Below, one piece after another: positions 36,301 to 49,100 of a stretch of 55,648 bases of DNA. Below the pieces are notes generated by a model. The model was given only the letters and a program-made list of their open reading frames with translations, searched no databases and was not told the origin of the DNA. Each line of letters begins with the position of its first letter. Positions within the stretch are counted from its first letter, which is position 1. Both the position numbers and the translations under genes were made by a program. Origin of the DNA: Macrostomum lignano (Eukaryota); the NCBI GenBank assembly GCA_002269645.1, contig NIVC01001538.1, forward strand, positions 1 through 55,648, in the 5' to 3' direction.

Positions 36301-36608
36301 GGTTGAGTTGCTGAGATGTCAAGGTTCCATGAGGTTGAGTTGCTGAGATGTCAAGGCTCAATGAGGTTGAGTTGCTGAGATGTCAAGGCTCAATGAGGTT
36401 GAGTTGCTGAGATGTCAAGGCTCAATGAGGTTGAGTTGCTGAGATGTCAAGGCTCAATGAGGTTGAGTTGCTGAGATGTCAAGGCTCCATGAGGTTGAGT
36501 TGCTGAGATGTCAAGGCTCAATGAGGTTGAGTTGCTGAGATGTCAAGGCTCAATGAGGTTGAGTTGCTGAGATGTCAAGGCTCAATGAGGTTGAGTTTCT
36601 GAGATGTC
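33349..36608. repeat. Highly homogeneous 32 bp satellite (ctcaatgaggttgagttgctgagatgtcaagg), ~100 copies
   Basis: Only the variants ctcaatg/ctccatg/ttccatg are seen. The array is flanked by GA tracts on both sides. Confidence 0.98.
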
Positions 36609-37569
36609 GGAGAAGAGAGGAGAGAGAGGAGAGGAAAGGAGAGGAAAGGAGAGGAGAGGATGAGAGAGAGGAGAGGAGGAGAGAAGAGAGGAGAGGAGAG
36701 AAGAGAAGGCTGAGAAGATACAAATCTTAATCAGACTGGGTTGCTATTGTAAAGTTTCAAAGGACCCGGGGCCCAGGTAGAGACTCAGAGAGGCTTTGTG
36801 GGCCGCATGTGACCCAAAGGCCGGAGTCCTGAATGCTCTACAACCCCTACAGCCAGTTATAAAGCATTATGCTTACTATTTCAAGTATAGTTTTTCTTCA
36901 ATAAAAATGAATTCAGCCTGCTGTAAAACACACAAAAACCTCAACGATTCGCCTTGTAATTGCTGAGGACACGCAGACCATGGATAAAACAGCAAGCTTG
37001 GCTTTCTGCTTCAAAAAATGTCTGTCGGGGCTGAAATGAAAACTCTACAACCCAACGCAATTCAGTAATGCAAGTTGTTCCCCAATCCATTCGATAAATC
37101 CGTCGCAACTTCCCTCCACCGCTCTTGTCTACCTTGCCCCAGCAGACTTTAAGCATGGAAAATACGTTGTCAATGACAACCGAAGCTAAAAAGCCCGTAC
37201 TATATATAGTTAAGCTGGAAGCCTGTTGTACAGACTGAGAAGCTCAACCGCTGTTTGCTCTAACCGCCAGCTTTCCCGTGTTTGCCTGCTCCTCCTGCAG
37301 CCAAACAGCCAGCGTCAACGCCTCATCAAACATTTCCCGATAATCCTATTGAAGCTCTCTGCACTCATGGATCGACTTTCACTTTGCTGCAAGCGTATTA
37401 ACCTTGCTTAATAGTTTCTATATAGTGACTTGAAGAGGCCAGTACAGGTTTAAGTAGATGCTGTACAAACTGCACTATATAGTTTATTATTATCTATTCA
37501 GGTAAGATTAATTCGAATTGCTTACGAATTGTTTCGTTCTGATCATTGGCGCTAATTCGATAACAGTAT

Positions 37570-38270
37570 ATTGTGGCGCTAAATAGACTGTGTTGAGATG
37601 CTGAATAGACTGTGTTGTGGCGCTGAATAGACTGTGTTGAGATGCTGAATAGACTGTGTTGAGTCGCTAAATAGACTGTGTTGTGGCGCTGAATAGACTG
37701 TATTGTGGCGCTAAATAGACTGTGTTGAGGCGCTGAATAGACTGTGTTGTGGCGCTGAATCGACTGTGTTGTGGCGCTAAATAGACTGTGTTGAGATGCT
37801 GAATAGGATGTGTTGAGTCGCTAAATAGACTGTGTTGAGATGCTGAATAGACTGTGTTGTGGCGCTGAATAGACTGTGTTGTGGCGCTAAATAGACTGTG
37901 TTGAGATGCTGAATAGACTGTGTTGTGGCGCTGAATAGACTGTGTTGAGATGCTGAATAGACTGTGTTGAGTCGCTAAATAGACTGTGTTGAGATGCTGA
38001 ATAGACTGTGTTGTAGCGCTGAATAGACTGTGTTGTTGCGCTAAATAGACTGTGTTGTTGCGCTAAATAGACTGTGTTGTGGCGCTGAATAGACTGTGTT
38101 GTTGCGCTAAATAGACTGTGTTGTTGCGCTAAATAGACTGTGTTGTGGCGCTGAATAGACTGTGTTGTGGCGCTAAATAGACTGTGTTGTGGCGCTGAAT
38201 AGACTGTGTTGTTGCGCTAAATAGACGTGTTGTGGCATGCTAAATACGCTGTCTTGTGAAGCTAGACTGT
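37570..38270. repeat. 22 bp minisatellite (gcgctgaatagactgtgttgtg)
   Basis: About 30 tandem copies. Confidence 0.93.
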
Positions 38271-38403
38271 GTTTTAACGCTAAATAACTGTGTGGCCTTT
38301 AAAAGACATTTATAAAGGCCTAACAAACGCCTGGAACTCTATAGATGAAGCATTGAGGCTTTGAGGCACAAAAACTTACTGTCTGCACCCTCAGCCACAC
38401 AGA

Positions 38404-39707
38404 ATGCAGTCCAGCACAACCAGCTGCTATCTGAGGCTCGAAGCCAACTCAGTGCCTCTCGGCCGACTCGAATTCCGCCTATTCGCTACGAAAGTCCCCC
38501 TGACTTGCCGGAACTTTGCCAGCCTCTGCGTTGGACACGAGAACGGCTGTTCGGGCTACAGGGGCAGCCGGGTCCACCGGTGCATACCCGGCTTTGCTAT
38601 ACAAGCTGGCGACTTCCAGTCTGGCAACGGCACTGGCGGCTGGTCTATCTATGGCAGGTATTTCCCCGATGAGGATCTCACTGGCAGGCACGATAGGAGA
38701 GGCCTTTTGAGCATGGCCAACTCCGGTGAGCATTGTGGGATGAAATTGGAGACACAAGAGTGAGAAGAGAGGGAGAGACAGGGGAGTCACAGGGATGAAA
38801 AGAGATGAGGACACCGGTGTGAGATGAGATTGGAGACGGGGTTGAAAAGAGAGGAGACAGGTGAGGTGAGATGCGAGACATAGGGGTGGGATGAGATGGG
38901 AGACACAGGGTGAGATAAGATGGGAGACACGGGGGTAAGAAAATATAGGAGACACGGGGCAAGATAAGAGACACAGGGAAGAGATGAGATGAGAGACACA
39001 GGGAAGAGATGAGATGAGAGACGCAGGGAAGATATAAGATGAGACGCAGGGAAGAGATGAGATGGGAGACAGGGTGAAGATGAGATAAGAGACACAGGGA
39101 AGAGATGAGATGGGAGACAGTGGGAAGATATGAGATAAGAGACACAGGGAAGAGATTAGATAGAAGACACAGGGAAGATGAGATAAGACACACAGGGAAG
39201 AGATTAGATGGGAGACGCAGGGAAGAAATGAGATGAGAGACACAGGGAAGAGATGAGATAAGAGACACAGGGAAGAGGATAGGAGACACAGGGAAGAGAT
39301 GAGATGGGAGACACAGGGAAGAGATGAGATGGGAGACACAGGGAAGAGATGAGATAAGAGACACAGAGAAAAGATGAGATGAGAGACACAAGGAAGTGAT
39401 GAGATAAGAGACACAAGGAAGAGATGAGATGGGAGACACAGAAGCGAGATAGGAGACACAGGGGTGAGAAGAGACGTGAAGCACTGAAACGAAAGCGATC
39501 GATCTGCCCCAACTTTCAGGCCCCGACACGAACAGCTCCCAGTTTTTTATCACGCTGGCCCCCTGTCCGTGGATGGACGGTCGTCACGTGGTATTTGGCG
39601 AACTAACATCCGGTTGGGACGTGCTCCAACGAGCCGAAGACCTGGGCACCCCGTCGGGAAGACCCACAAAACTGCTGGTTATTGCAGATTGCGGAGTGTC
39701 GTCATAG
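38404..39707 (+). CDS. Cyclophilin-type peptidyl-prolyl cis-trans isomerase; exons 38404-38725 and 39520-39707
   Basis: [48 protein letters not shown]|[23 protein letters not shown] and IADCG. Catalytic R/F/Q/N/W/H positions are retained. The phase-1 GT-AG intron is consistent. Confidence 0.93.
38745..39465. repeat. GA-rich ~25 bp minisatellite (gagacacagggaagagatgagat) filling the cyclophilin intron
   Basis: Tandem imperfect copies. Confidence 0.9.
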
Positions 39708-40054
39708 CAACGGGAAGACCCGTACAGAAGTTTCCCAATCTTTCCTACTTGTACTGTCGCTACTGTGAAAACAAATTAATATAAGCCTATACCGATATGT
39801 ATCGAAAAATGATTGGTGAGAAAATTAAATAAAATATTTATGCAAAATTACTAACCAGTAGATTGTGTAGAAAGTTAAAAAAATATTCTGATTAATAACT
39901 ATGAAAAACGATTTTCTTGTCTTATATTTTTGTTACACTGAAACATATTAAACCAGCATATAAACAATCGTAACAAGGATTGTAGCACAAAATTGAGATA
40001 CAATAACATTATAACAAGCAAAAAATGAACGACTAGTGTAGTTGAACCATTGTA

Positions 40055-40906
40055 TTATTGGAACCAGGCAGTGGAATCTGGGTCGTTCATATATCGTCGA
40101 AAATCTCGCTCAAAATTAGCTTTGCAACCGGAGCCTGCAGGCTCGGCGGCAGAACTATTGTTGCTTTGCGGAATCTGCTTTTTCTGCTTTTTCGGAGCGG
40201 CCATGCCCAGACCGAGTCGGTCCCGCTTGACAACGGTTGCTAGGGGCTGAGAACGGCCCTGGCCATGTCGACCCAGTCCGCTGCCGGGTGTCCAGCCCTG
40301 TTTAAGCATCATCCGATAAGCTGGGCCAGAGGCTACGCACAATTTTCTGTCAGCTGCTGAACCCGAGGCTGGAGCGGCTGCCTCATCAGGCATCAGAGCC
40401 AGCTGATGAGCAATCGATGCTTGATGAGTTCGAATTGGATCCGAAAAGTTCGATTTACAAATCTGGCAATACAACAGTTTCCGTTTGGCTGGCAATGTCG
40501 GTTTCATCTGTCGAGTCGCGGGCGGAGTCGCCGCTACTACAATGAGGTCGTCATCGTCATCTGTGTCGCTTTCAAGTTCGTTAGCGTCCAGATCGATCCA
40601 AACTAGGGAATCTGCTGTTCTCCTAGCAGCTTCCTCACCATCATCAGCATCATTGACAAGGTCATTGTCGCTTTCACTGTCACTAATAACAATGCAATCG
40701 TCTGAACCTTCGGGCACTGCAGTTGCTGCTGTTAAATCAATAATTTCTGCCTTCGGACGCACCGTGACAATTCTTTGCTGCGGCTCAAGTGTCGAAGGAT
40801 CTACTTCGTCAGCTGAATCGGAATCAATTAAGCTGACAAATCCATGGCTGTTGCGTAAAGTCGATCGGCTTCGACTAGAGCGAGTCGATTTTGAAATCGA
40901 ATTCAT
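40055..40906 (-). CDS. GPANK1: GPANK1-like protein (zinc-finger-like motif + G-patch), intronless, ~283 aa, acidic SIM-rich N-terminus and no ankyrin repeats
   Basis: YCQICKSNF...HQASIAH, G-patch GPAYRMMLKQGWTPGSGLGRHGQGRSQPLATVVKRDRLGLG, and C-terminal ERDFRRYMN, similar to the GPANK1 end ERDLRTYMN. First ATG at 40906. Confidence 0.8.
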   Translation of the reverse strand: MNSISKSTRSSRSRSTLRNSHGFVSLIDSDSADEVDPSTLEPQQRIVTVRPKAEIIDLTAATAVPEGSDDCIVISDSESDNDLVNDADDGEEAARRTADSLVWIDLDANELESDTDDDDDLIVVAATPPATRQMKPTLPAKRKLLYCQICKSNFSDPIRTHQASIAHQLALMPDEAAAPASGSAADRKLCVASGPAYRMMLKQGWTPGSGLGRHGQGRSQPLATVVKRDRLGLGMAAPKKQKKQIPQSNNSSAAEPAGSGCKANFERDFRRYMNDPDSTAWFQ

Positions 40907-43099
40907 GAATTGTTTTTTAGTGTAAATTATTGTGAACAATCTTTCTGACAGACGCTTCGATACATTTATTTGCAAATCGATTTGACATCCATTAAGTGTC
41001 TCTTTAGATAGAACCAGTCAGGTTAGAGAGGAGATTAAAGAGGAGTGGAGGGTAGAAGGAAGAGGGTAAAGAAGGGAGAGGATCTCTCCTCACTTTGACA
41101 CTTTGAATATTCATTCATCCTAATCCTATCAAACCAATAGCTCCAATGGTCTTTCAAGTCTCATTCGAGTGGTACTATTACTAGATAGGCCTATGGGAAC
41201 TAGATATAAGAAATATATATTACCATACCTGTATACTTTAAAAACATCTCTGTATTTATAACTTCTAATAATCCAATAGCCATAACTATAGCTATAGTGG
41301 AACTATAAAAATTGATAACTGACAACTAATAAAATTAGAAGTATAAGCATATCCATTAGTCTGTTTCATTATATACAAGCTACCAGAAATATCCAGCATA
41401 AGTCTAGAGAAATATTAGCTTTTGCATAAATGCCTGGCATAAAAACAACTACACATGATTTTCTGGAGTGCCATTACAACAAGTCCCATGTAACTTAATT
41501 GTATTTGATAAAACATAGAATTTAAATTCTATAATTTGTGTTGCAATAATGCAACAACTTTTTTGTTTAATGTTTTGATATGTCTTGTATTTATAAATTG
41601 TAACAGGGGTATTTTTTCTATTTAATGAAAGTTCACTAATGCCATCAAGCTATTATAGTGCTTTTTGTTCTCCCTCTTTAAAATCTTACTATTATTAGCT
41701 TACTAGTAGCATATTATATAAATTCGGTAGCAAAAATGTACTTTTGGCCTAAGTGGTCTTATGGCACTTGTACTTTATCTTATCCTATGTATTATGGCTT
41801 AAAACTATGTTTTATTCTCTCACTTCATTACTGGAGAGATCAGAGGGTTACATCTAACAGTGGTAGATTTATTGCCCTAGGTCTAGAGGTCTTATCCTTG
41901 GGTGGATATTCTGCCTTCTAAGGTGATATTATAGATTCTAAATCTAAAAGTCTTGTTCTCTAAGAATGGAGAAAATTCTCTAGTATTTTGCCATAGTTAT
42001 GGCTATGGCTATGGGATCCTATGGCAAATATGGTAAAATAGGTGCCTACAACAACTACAGATATGCCTACAGTAGATAGCTGCTCTTACAGCTACAACTA
42101 TGGAAATATGGTAGTTGCTATCATATTTTGTAGATTCCTATAGCCATAGTTATTAATTTAAAAAAATATTAGAAACAGGTTAAGTAAAAAAGATACTTTG
42201 GTAAACTATAAATTATATATAGACTTAGAAACTTAACTTATAGCTCGTACCTAATAAAGTACAATAAAATATTAGCAAACACTAACTTTTAATAATGTGA
42301 AAAAGTTTAGCAGTAATACTTTCAGTAGTGATTAAGTATTGTTCCTCTTTGTAAAAATATGAAATATAATCTTACAAAGGCAATCAAGTGTTTTCTTTGT
42401 TTTCTATCTTAATTTGCAATTGTTTAACTACTAGGTTATCTTTCTGGTTCAAAATATTTTGTTTCCTAGACTTTGTGAAAATTATGGCTATGGCTACTAT
42501 GGGAATATAGTAATATTGGAGTCTCTTTGGCTATGGAATATGGAGAATTGGAATAAGCCATAGTTTTGCTTATAGCTATAGATAGCTATGGTACATGGAC
42601 CCTCCTTATAGTGGAACACTAAAATTCTCCCAACCTTGGGGCTATTCCTATGTCACTATCTACTACTCAAAATAAGTAGGCTAACATGAGAGCAAATACT
42701 TAGCCTTAAAGCTGATTATCAGTTTTGTTTCCAATGTTGAATAATTTGGAGACCACTTAAATATTGCTCAGACTAAATCAGAACAGAAAAGACATACTTT
42801 ATTTGGCTTTGTCTTATAGCTGGTTTCTATTTATAACAAAATTTTTTCATATTTTTTAAAACAAAATATCATATACAAGATAACTGTCCATGCTACCTCC
42901 CATTGTCCATTATACTTAGAATAGCCTAACCTACGCTTGGTATAAGTCTGGCAGTGGCACAGGCATAAATGATAAAATGAAATAATTAATTGATATTAAT
43001 TAGTACCATTAAATAATGGTACTAGTGTAGCTTCATTTGCAACATTATTTTTCTTTTGAATTTAGCTAAACTAATTGCCTAATAGGCAGTGCTTATTCC

Positions 43100-43512
43100 C
43101 ACGGTATTGTAGGAATAATTTCTGTCTTATTCCAATGGTACTGTGGGAATAATTTTCTGCTTATCCACATGGCACACTGACGAGATAGCTGCCCCATCTT
43201 CTACATATGCCGTGGAAATAATTAGTTTAGTACTTACGGTTTAAGTGCAGTATAACAATATAACTTTGCTTGACAATTTGTTTAATTGAAGTAAAGATTA
43301 AATAACTTTTTTATGCAAAAAACGCTGGTTGTGGTGTTGATCCAGATCAACAGCATCTTAGTATCCTCAATTCAAATTCCCTTTTAAAAAGCTATAAACT
43401 ATTCATATACAGCATATATATGTAGAAGATATGGCAGCTATCTTGTCAGTGTGCCATGCGTAAAAGCAGAAAATTATTCCCACGGTACCATTGGAAAAGG
43501 ACAGAAATTATT
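43100..43512. mobile_element. Foldback/MITE-like element with ~100 bp inverted arms
   Basis: ttccaatggtactgtgggaataattttctgc...gagatagctgccccatcttctacatatg has a reverse-complement match at ~43410-43500. Confidence 0.75.
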
Positions 43513-44277
43513 TGGAAAATTAGGAGTTTGATCATTCAATACTTCATTTGGTGGCACTATCCAACTGAATTTTTGGTCGCAGTAATAAAATATGCTTATA
43601 AATATAAGAATACTTATTGCCTTAGAAAAAATAGATTTAGTAATGTGCAAGCGCTTAATGCTACTAATAGTAATAATAATAGTTTTTGTAAATAAATTTT
43701 GTCAATAATAATTTTGAGTTTAATCACTCAAGAATAGTATTCACATATTATTTGTTTTAATCTTCTAACATTTAATAATAATATTCATGTAAAATTTGTA
43801 TGTATTTTTAAACTGAAAACTAATTTTAGCCCTATTTGTTTTAATACTGCATATATCAAAATTAATATTGATCAAGTCTCAAAATAGTATAAATAGACGG
43901 GATCTGGCCAGAGAGCCACCAACTGGCTGATTGCCTGTTCCTAAATTAGTCTCAAGTCTCGCTACTTGTTGAGCCTTAAACTGTTACTTAGAAATCTTTT
44001 CAAGACTTAGTAAATTTTTCGATTCAAAGAGTGAAGTGGAAGTTAATCATATCACAGATACTACTGATACTCAGAATACCAAGGAGATTGAAGTGAAACA
44101 AAGTAGATCTCGGGAATACATATACAGTATTGAGAAGGCAGTGACCCTCTAATCTCGGGAATGCCTAAAGCCTAAAGGACTGGACTAGACGATCAGATAC
44201 TTAATTAACTACAAAAGGGTTACAAGGAAGATCATTCTGAGAAATACATTCCAGGCCAATAGTAGACCACTCGGCAT

Positions 44278-44345
44278 ATACTAAGAACGCTACCAAGGCA
44301 TATACTAAGAACGCTACCAATACATATACTAAGAACGCTACCAAT
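44278..44345. repeat. ~22 bp tandem repeat (catatactaagaacgctaccaa) x3
   Basis: Read directly. Confidence 0.8.
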
Positions 44346-45597
44346 AGAAGTAGATACTTAGACTAATCCTTAGACATATACCTAGACTTATCCTTAGACT
44401 TATACTTAGACTGATACTTAAAGACTTATACTCAGACCTATTCTAAGAAAAATTTCTCAGATTATTCTAATATTGATAAAAATTTATTAATTGAATAATC
44501 TTGGTGGCAACTACCAACCTAAGAAGAACACTTGAGAGATTAGTAAATTAGCCCTGTGACAGCTTTTGGTGACAGTGTGAAATTATTATTACAGACAGAA
44601 GTAACCCCTACGACAGTAAAAATGTTTTTTGCTATTCTTCCCACTCAGTAACTATCAGGCTGCAGGCCACCATCCCTTTGGGCCATAGATAACTCATAGG
44701 GTAGACTTCTTTGCCACATTAGCATTAATGATAGATCCAAATATTCAATTGAAATCCAAAAGGTCTCACTATTTTAGAAATCCAAGTATTTTGGATTCAG
44801 AAATTCTATTTTCTGAATTTCTGAATGTGCTTTTACATGATCTAGAGGCTTTTCATATTCCTGATTCCATTTTTAGAACTGGTTCAATACTTTTCATTTT
44901 GCCAATTCCGTTTTCAGAATCGGTTCTAGAACCTTACTTTGGTTCTGGAATTTGGTTTGACAAAATTTCTCAATTCGTTTACATATTTCTATGGAAAAAA
45001 TGAAAAATATTTAAAGTCAATTTAACTTCAAATATAACTTCAAAGGTAAGTAAGTAACTTGGAAAAAATTTTTTAATGTTTAAAGTAATTTTTGACTAAA
45101 AATAAAATTTACTTGATGCTTTTCATTTTCTTAGCGAATCTGGTTCTGGAATCGGATTTTATTCCAATTCTGGAGTAGACTTTGTAAAAAAGGCTACTAG
45201 TTATCTAGAGTGTGGTAATAATAATAGGTTATTATATTCCTTTGAACTATTGACTTGTAGTTACCAAAATTATATATAGTACAAAAAAGAATCTTACTAC
45301 AATACTTTTGTCATGATAATAACATCTTAACAGCAGTCAGTAAGCCCTAGTTTTAAATTTAAGGAAAGTCAGAAAAATGAAAGCAAAGGCGAACATTTGC
45401 ATTTTATCTTTGATAATACAAAATTACGAAATTACAATTTATTAATCAATCTTCACGCGACATGTTTTGCCAAACAATTGGCATCTTCATACTTTAGGCA
45501 AGGCAATAATATATTTTCAGAGAGATGGTAAATTATTTAAAGTCTAGTAGGCCAAAAAGATTGTAAGTATGGGTAACTGAGTTAGATGGCCCTAGAT

Positions 45598-45795
45598 AAG
45601 AGGCAAGCGCATGGGGTCAGAACACCCTTAGATGGACTTCACTGCTGAGATTGGTAACAAAACTTTAAACTTTCTCAATGTCTCTACTCTTGAAGTGTTG
45701 TACATTAAACAGCTAAAGCCCACCATGAACATCCAACTCGGTGGTAGAGGGGCGAGTGTCTATCTAAGGGTGTTCTGAACCCATGTGCTTGCCTC
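45598..45795. mobile_element. Small hairpin/MITE-like element
   Basis: aggcaagcgcatggggtcagaacacccttagat versus atctaagggtgttctgaacccatgtgcttgcct (~33 bp inverted arms). Confidence 0.65.
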
Positions 45796-46164
45796 CTATT
45801 TAGAATGTTTCTTTATGAACTATGAGTATATACAGTTTTATTTAAATTTTATATGGCTAACAAATAGCATACAGGCACAAAAGAGTGGTAAAGTATAAAT
45901 ACCCTGGGCTAGATTTCCTATGAATTAATTTCTCACATATATTTGCTCTTAGAGTTTTAAAAGGCACCAACAATTCATTCCATTGTTGTACCACTGACTG
46001 ATTAGGCTTCTGTCATAGTATTAGCTTTTATATATTGTGATTTCTAGCATTTGTTAATCATATGCAATAGCATAGGCTGTCATCAGCCTAAAATGATTGT
46101 GTAAGAGCAATAAAAGTAAGTATAAATTGAAATTTTTTATTTCAGATCAAATTCATTAAAAAAC

Positions 46165-49100
46165 ATGCCTAAGAAATTTCAAATTAAGAAAAAATCGAGG
46201 TTCATTGACCAAGAAGGCAAATCACGCATATTCGACTGAGTTCTACTGCTGCTCAGGAATTGTCTAGGTAGGTAATATGTTTTTTGGTTAAAATTGCTTA
46301 TTAATATCATCCTTATGATGGCAAAGGAAGCTATGAAACTTCTAAAAGGTACAGTTGGCATGCGTCCGGCTTTCAGGCATGTCAATCAGCATAGTGTCAC
46401 TGTTAGTGACACTACTATGACTGAGTTGGTCCCAAATATCGAAAGTATTGATCTCTTCTCTACTGACCATGCATTGGATCCATCAGATCCCAGCACTGCC
46501 AGCAGATATGATATCCATCAAGAAAAAGAGGAAGAAGCCTGGTCCAGCTTAGCAAGCCAACTTGAGACTAGATTGGCCTCTTATTACTCTCGTCTTTCTC
46601 CTGCATGTTGCGCATGCAGGGAAGTAGGAGAAACTTTTCGCTGCAAAGCCTGCCATTTGCTCAACATATGCAAAACATGCCTTACTTCTGCTCACTCACA
46701 TAATCCACCACATGTCGTCTACAAATGGACCGTTTTTTTTATTGATTAGAGGCAGGGGGGTTGTGTGCACCCTGGCGCACTTTAGGCGACAGGCACACAA
46801 CCGGCGAGAGGCATTACTGCCCATTCCGCCAACTCCCCTGAGCAGGCATACAAGCGCGGATAGGTTACGCAGGCACACACTCACACAGGAGTGTACAACG
46901 GCCCTAACTTTATCAATTGTTAGGCATGTACACTTCACTGCGCCTTGGGGGGTTGGCTCTCAAGGCTGTTAATTGCACAAGCGAGCCAAGCCGAAATTCC
47001 AATTCAGCCCCAAATTAATGTGGCTGCACTTGGAATCGAGCCTGGGCCGCTGGCACACCAGAGCAGCTGCGCTACTGCTGGGCTACAGCCCCCCTACAAA
47101 CAAATGGACTGTGAGTTCAAAAACAGTTATCATTGTTCTATGCCATAGACATGTGTTAATGAAAATTTCTATTAGCGTGCTGAATCAGCACTGCTGATAA
47201 TGGGGCATTACTGCACGCTGTCTATGGCCAAAGAACAATGAAATATTCACACGCTGACTGAGTGCAGGAAGGACCGTAGACATAAGTGCGTGCATCCCTG
47301 ATCCTTCAGTGACTCAGCTACCCCTTGAGACCCCACGCTTGTGTCTAGGTCCTTGCCGCACTCAGTCAGCATGTAATATTAATGCATTGTCTCAAACTTT
47401 TGTTTCGATTTTAAGACGCCAAGTTCGTTTATTTATTTACCTACTTACCTAGCCTCTTATTAACGAATCTCTAAACGTCTCCATGTATATCTGTAAAATA
47501 TGATGGTAAAGTTTTTTAACATAAAAGTGATGTTATGTGTCCTTTCAGGGCTCATTCTACAAGACAGTTAAAACTGTGGTTCATATTACCAGACGCAGTG
47601 TTTGTAGCTGCGAGACTGTCACTTCCAGGTCCATTACAGCACTAAATAGAGAAGGTGTATTAAGTTTTAATCTACCATGTACTATTTGTATTCACTGTAT
47701 TTGTCAAATTTTATCTGCTATTCTTAAATTACTTCAAGCATTCTCAAGAGAATGTTTTGATAATTAGGCCCTGTCTTATGTCTTAAATGTCTGCATAGTG
47801 AAACCAAATTAATAGAATTCAATATAATATATTGAAACAATTAAATATGGTAGTCTTTGTGGATCTGCTGCCATCTGTTCTTTGAAGAATATTTCAATAG
47901 AAAAAGATGTTGGGTGTCTTATTGATATGAAATTGTAATGTAAAGTTACTTAAAGTATATTCTCGCTTTCAAACCAGGAGACAAGATTTCACTTTCTGTC
48001 AAGGAGTGTGCCTGTACTGATATTTTTGCCAACCTCTTATTGCATGGATTCTGGCCGACGCAACCTTTCACTAATGTTACTAGAATCGTTGCTATCATTT
48101 TAACCTGCTTCTGACACTGGACAGCATTTCATCACGTTATTCCGTGTCACTGTCATCACTATGTGAAGCCTGGAGTAACAGCCAGAATTCTCTATGGCTA
48201 CGTCCACCAATTCAGGTAGGCAGCACAGTAAAAAATTTAAGCAAGAACAATTTCTTATTATATCTAATAATTATAGGCTTCCCAAATCATAGTATAATTC
48301 TTTTATTAAACAATTAATCAGATAAGTTAGCTGACAACCTGCTCTCAGTAGGTATATAGGTATAATAAATTGTAGTTTTATGTGTGCCTGGCTTTTTTAT
48401 TAATTATTTTTTACTTTTTTTGCCAGTTGTAGTTTGAAATACTTTCGAAAACTTTGAAAGACTATTCTTAATCAGAAAATGTGATCTAACAATCGTCTAT
48501 TTTAGGTCAACATATTCCATGCGTTAAACACATCCAGCAGCTTTCAAGCATTTTGACGGCTTTTGATATATATTCGCTGGGGCCCTAAAGCAACATGCCT
48601 GTCGTGCTTCATCGTAAAGGTTTTATTATTTTATCTTACTCGTCAATTATATTTTCTGCATACTTATATTTTTATAATGAAAAATATAATAATTAATATA
48701 TTTATATATATGTTTTATAATTATATTTAAACCAGTTACAAAACATACTGTTAAGGGTTGTGCCCTGCCCTTTCTATACAGGAGACACAAACGAACAGCA
48801 GCGGCTTAGGCAATGACGCTAATTGTGCCGCTATATCTACTGAAGTCGAAGATGTCCTATGCTGCTTCTCTGTCAGTAGAAATCCAACCATTCCTGTTTT
48901 TTAGATGCTGGATGCCTGCTTCGGTTTTAGACACCGAAGGCTTGCTAGAAAAGCTGTGCTTCCACCATCCACTGGCTATTTTGTCAATGTGGACTTTCAA
49001 ATGTCAGAAGTCCCTAGCAAGTCCTATTGTCCCAATTGGACTGCTGGATGTTGTGGAAAAGACCTTACGACTGCATCTGACGAAAGTAAGCTTGACATTT

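Noticed and set aside
5515-36608. Regular 23, 32 and 49 bp repeat arrays as possible CRISPR arrays
   Set aside because: Units are head-to-tail with no unique spacers, there are no cas genes, and the context is eukaryotic.
36840-37430. Moderately complex sequence with short ORFs
   Set aside because: I found no recognisable motif or consistent exon structure.
38479-39553. Long minus-strand ORFs of 291-326 aa
   Set aside because: They are the antisense reading of the GA-rich cyclophilin intron.
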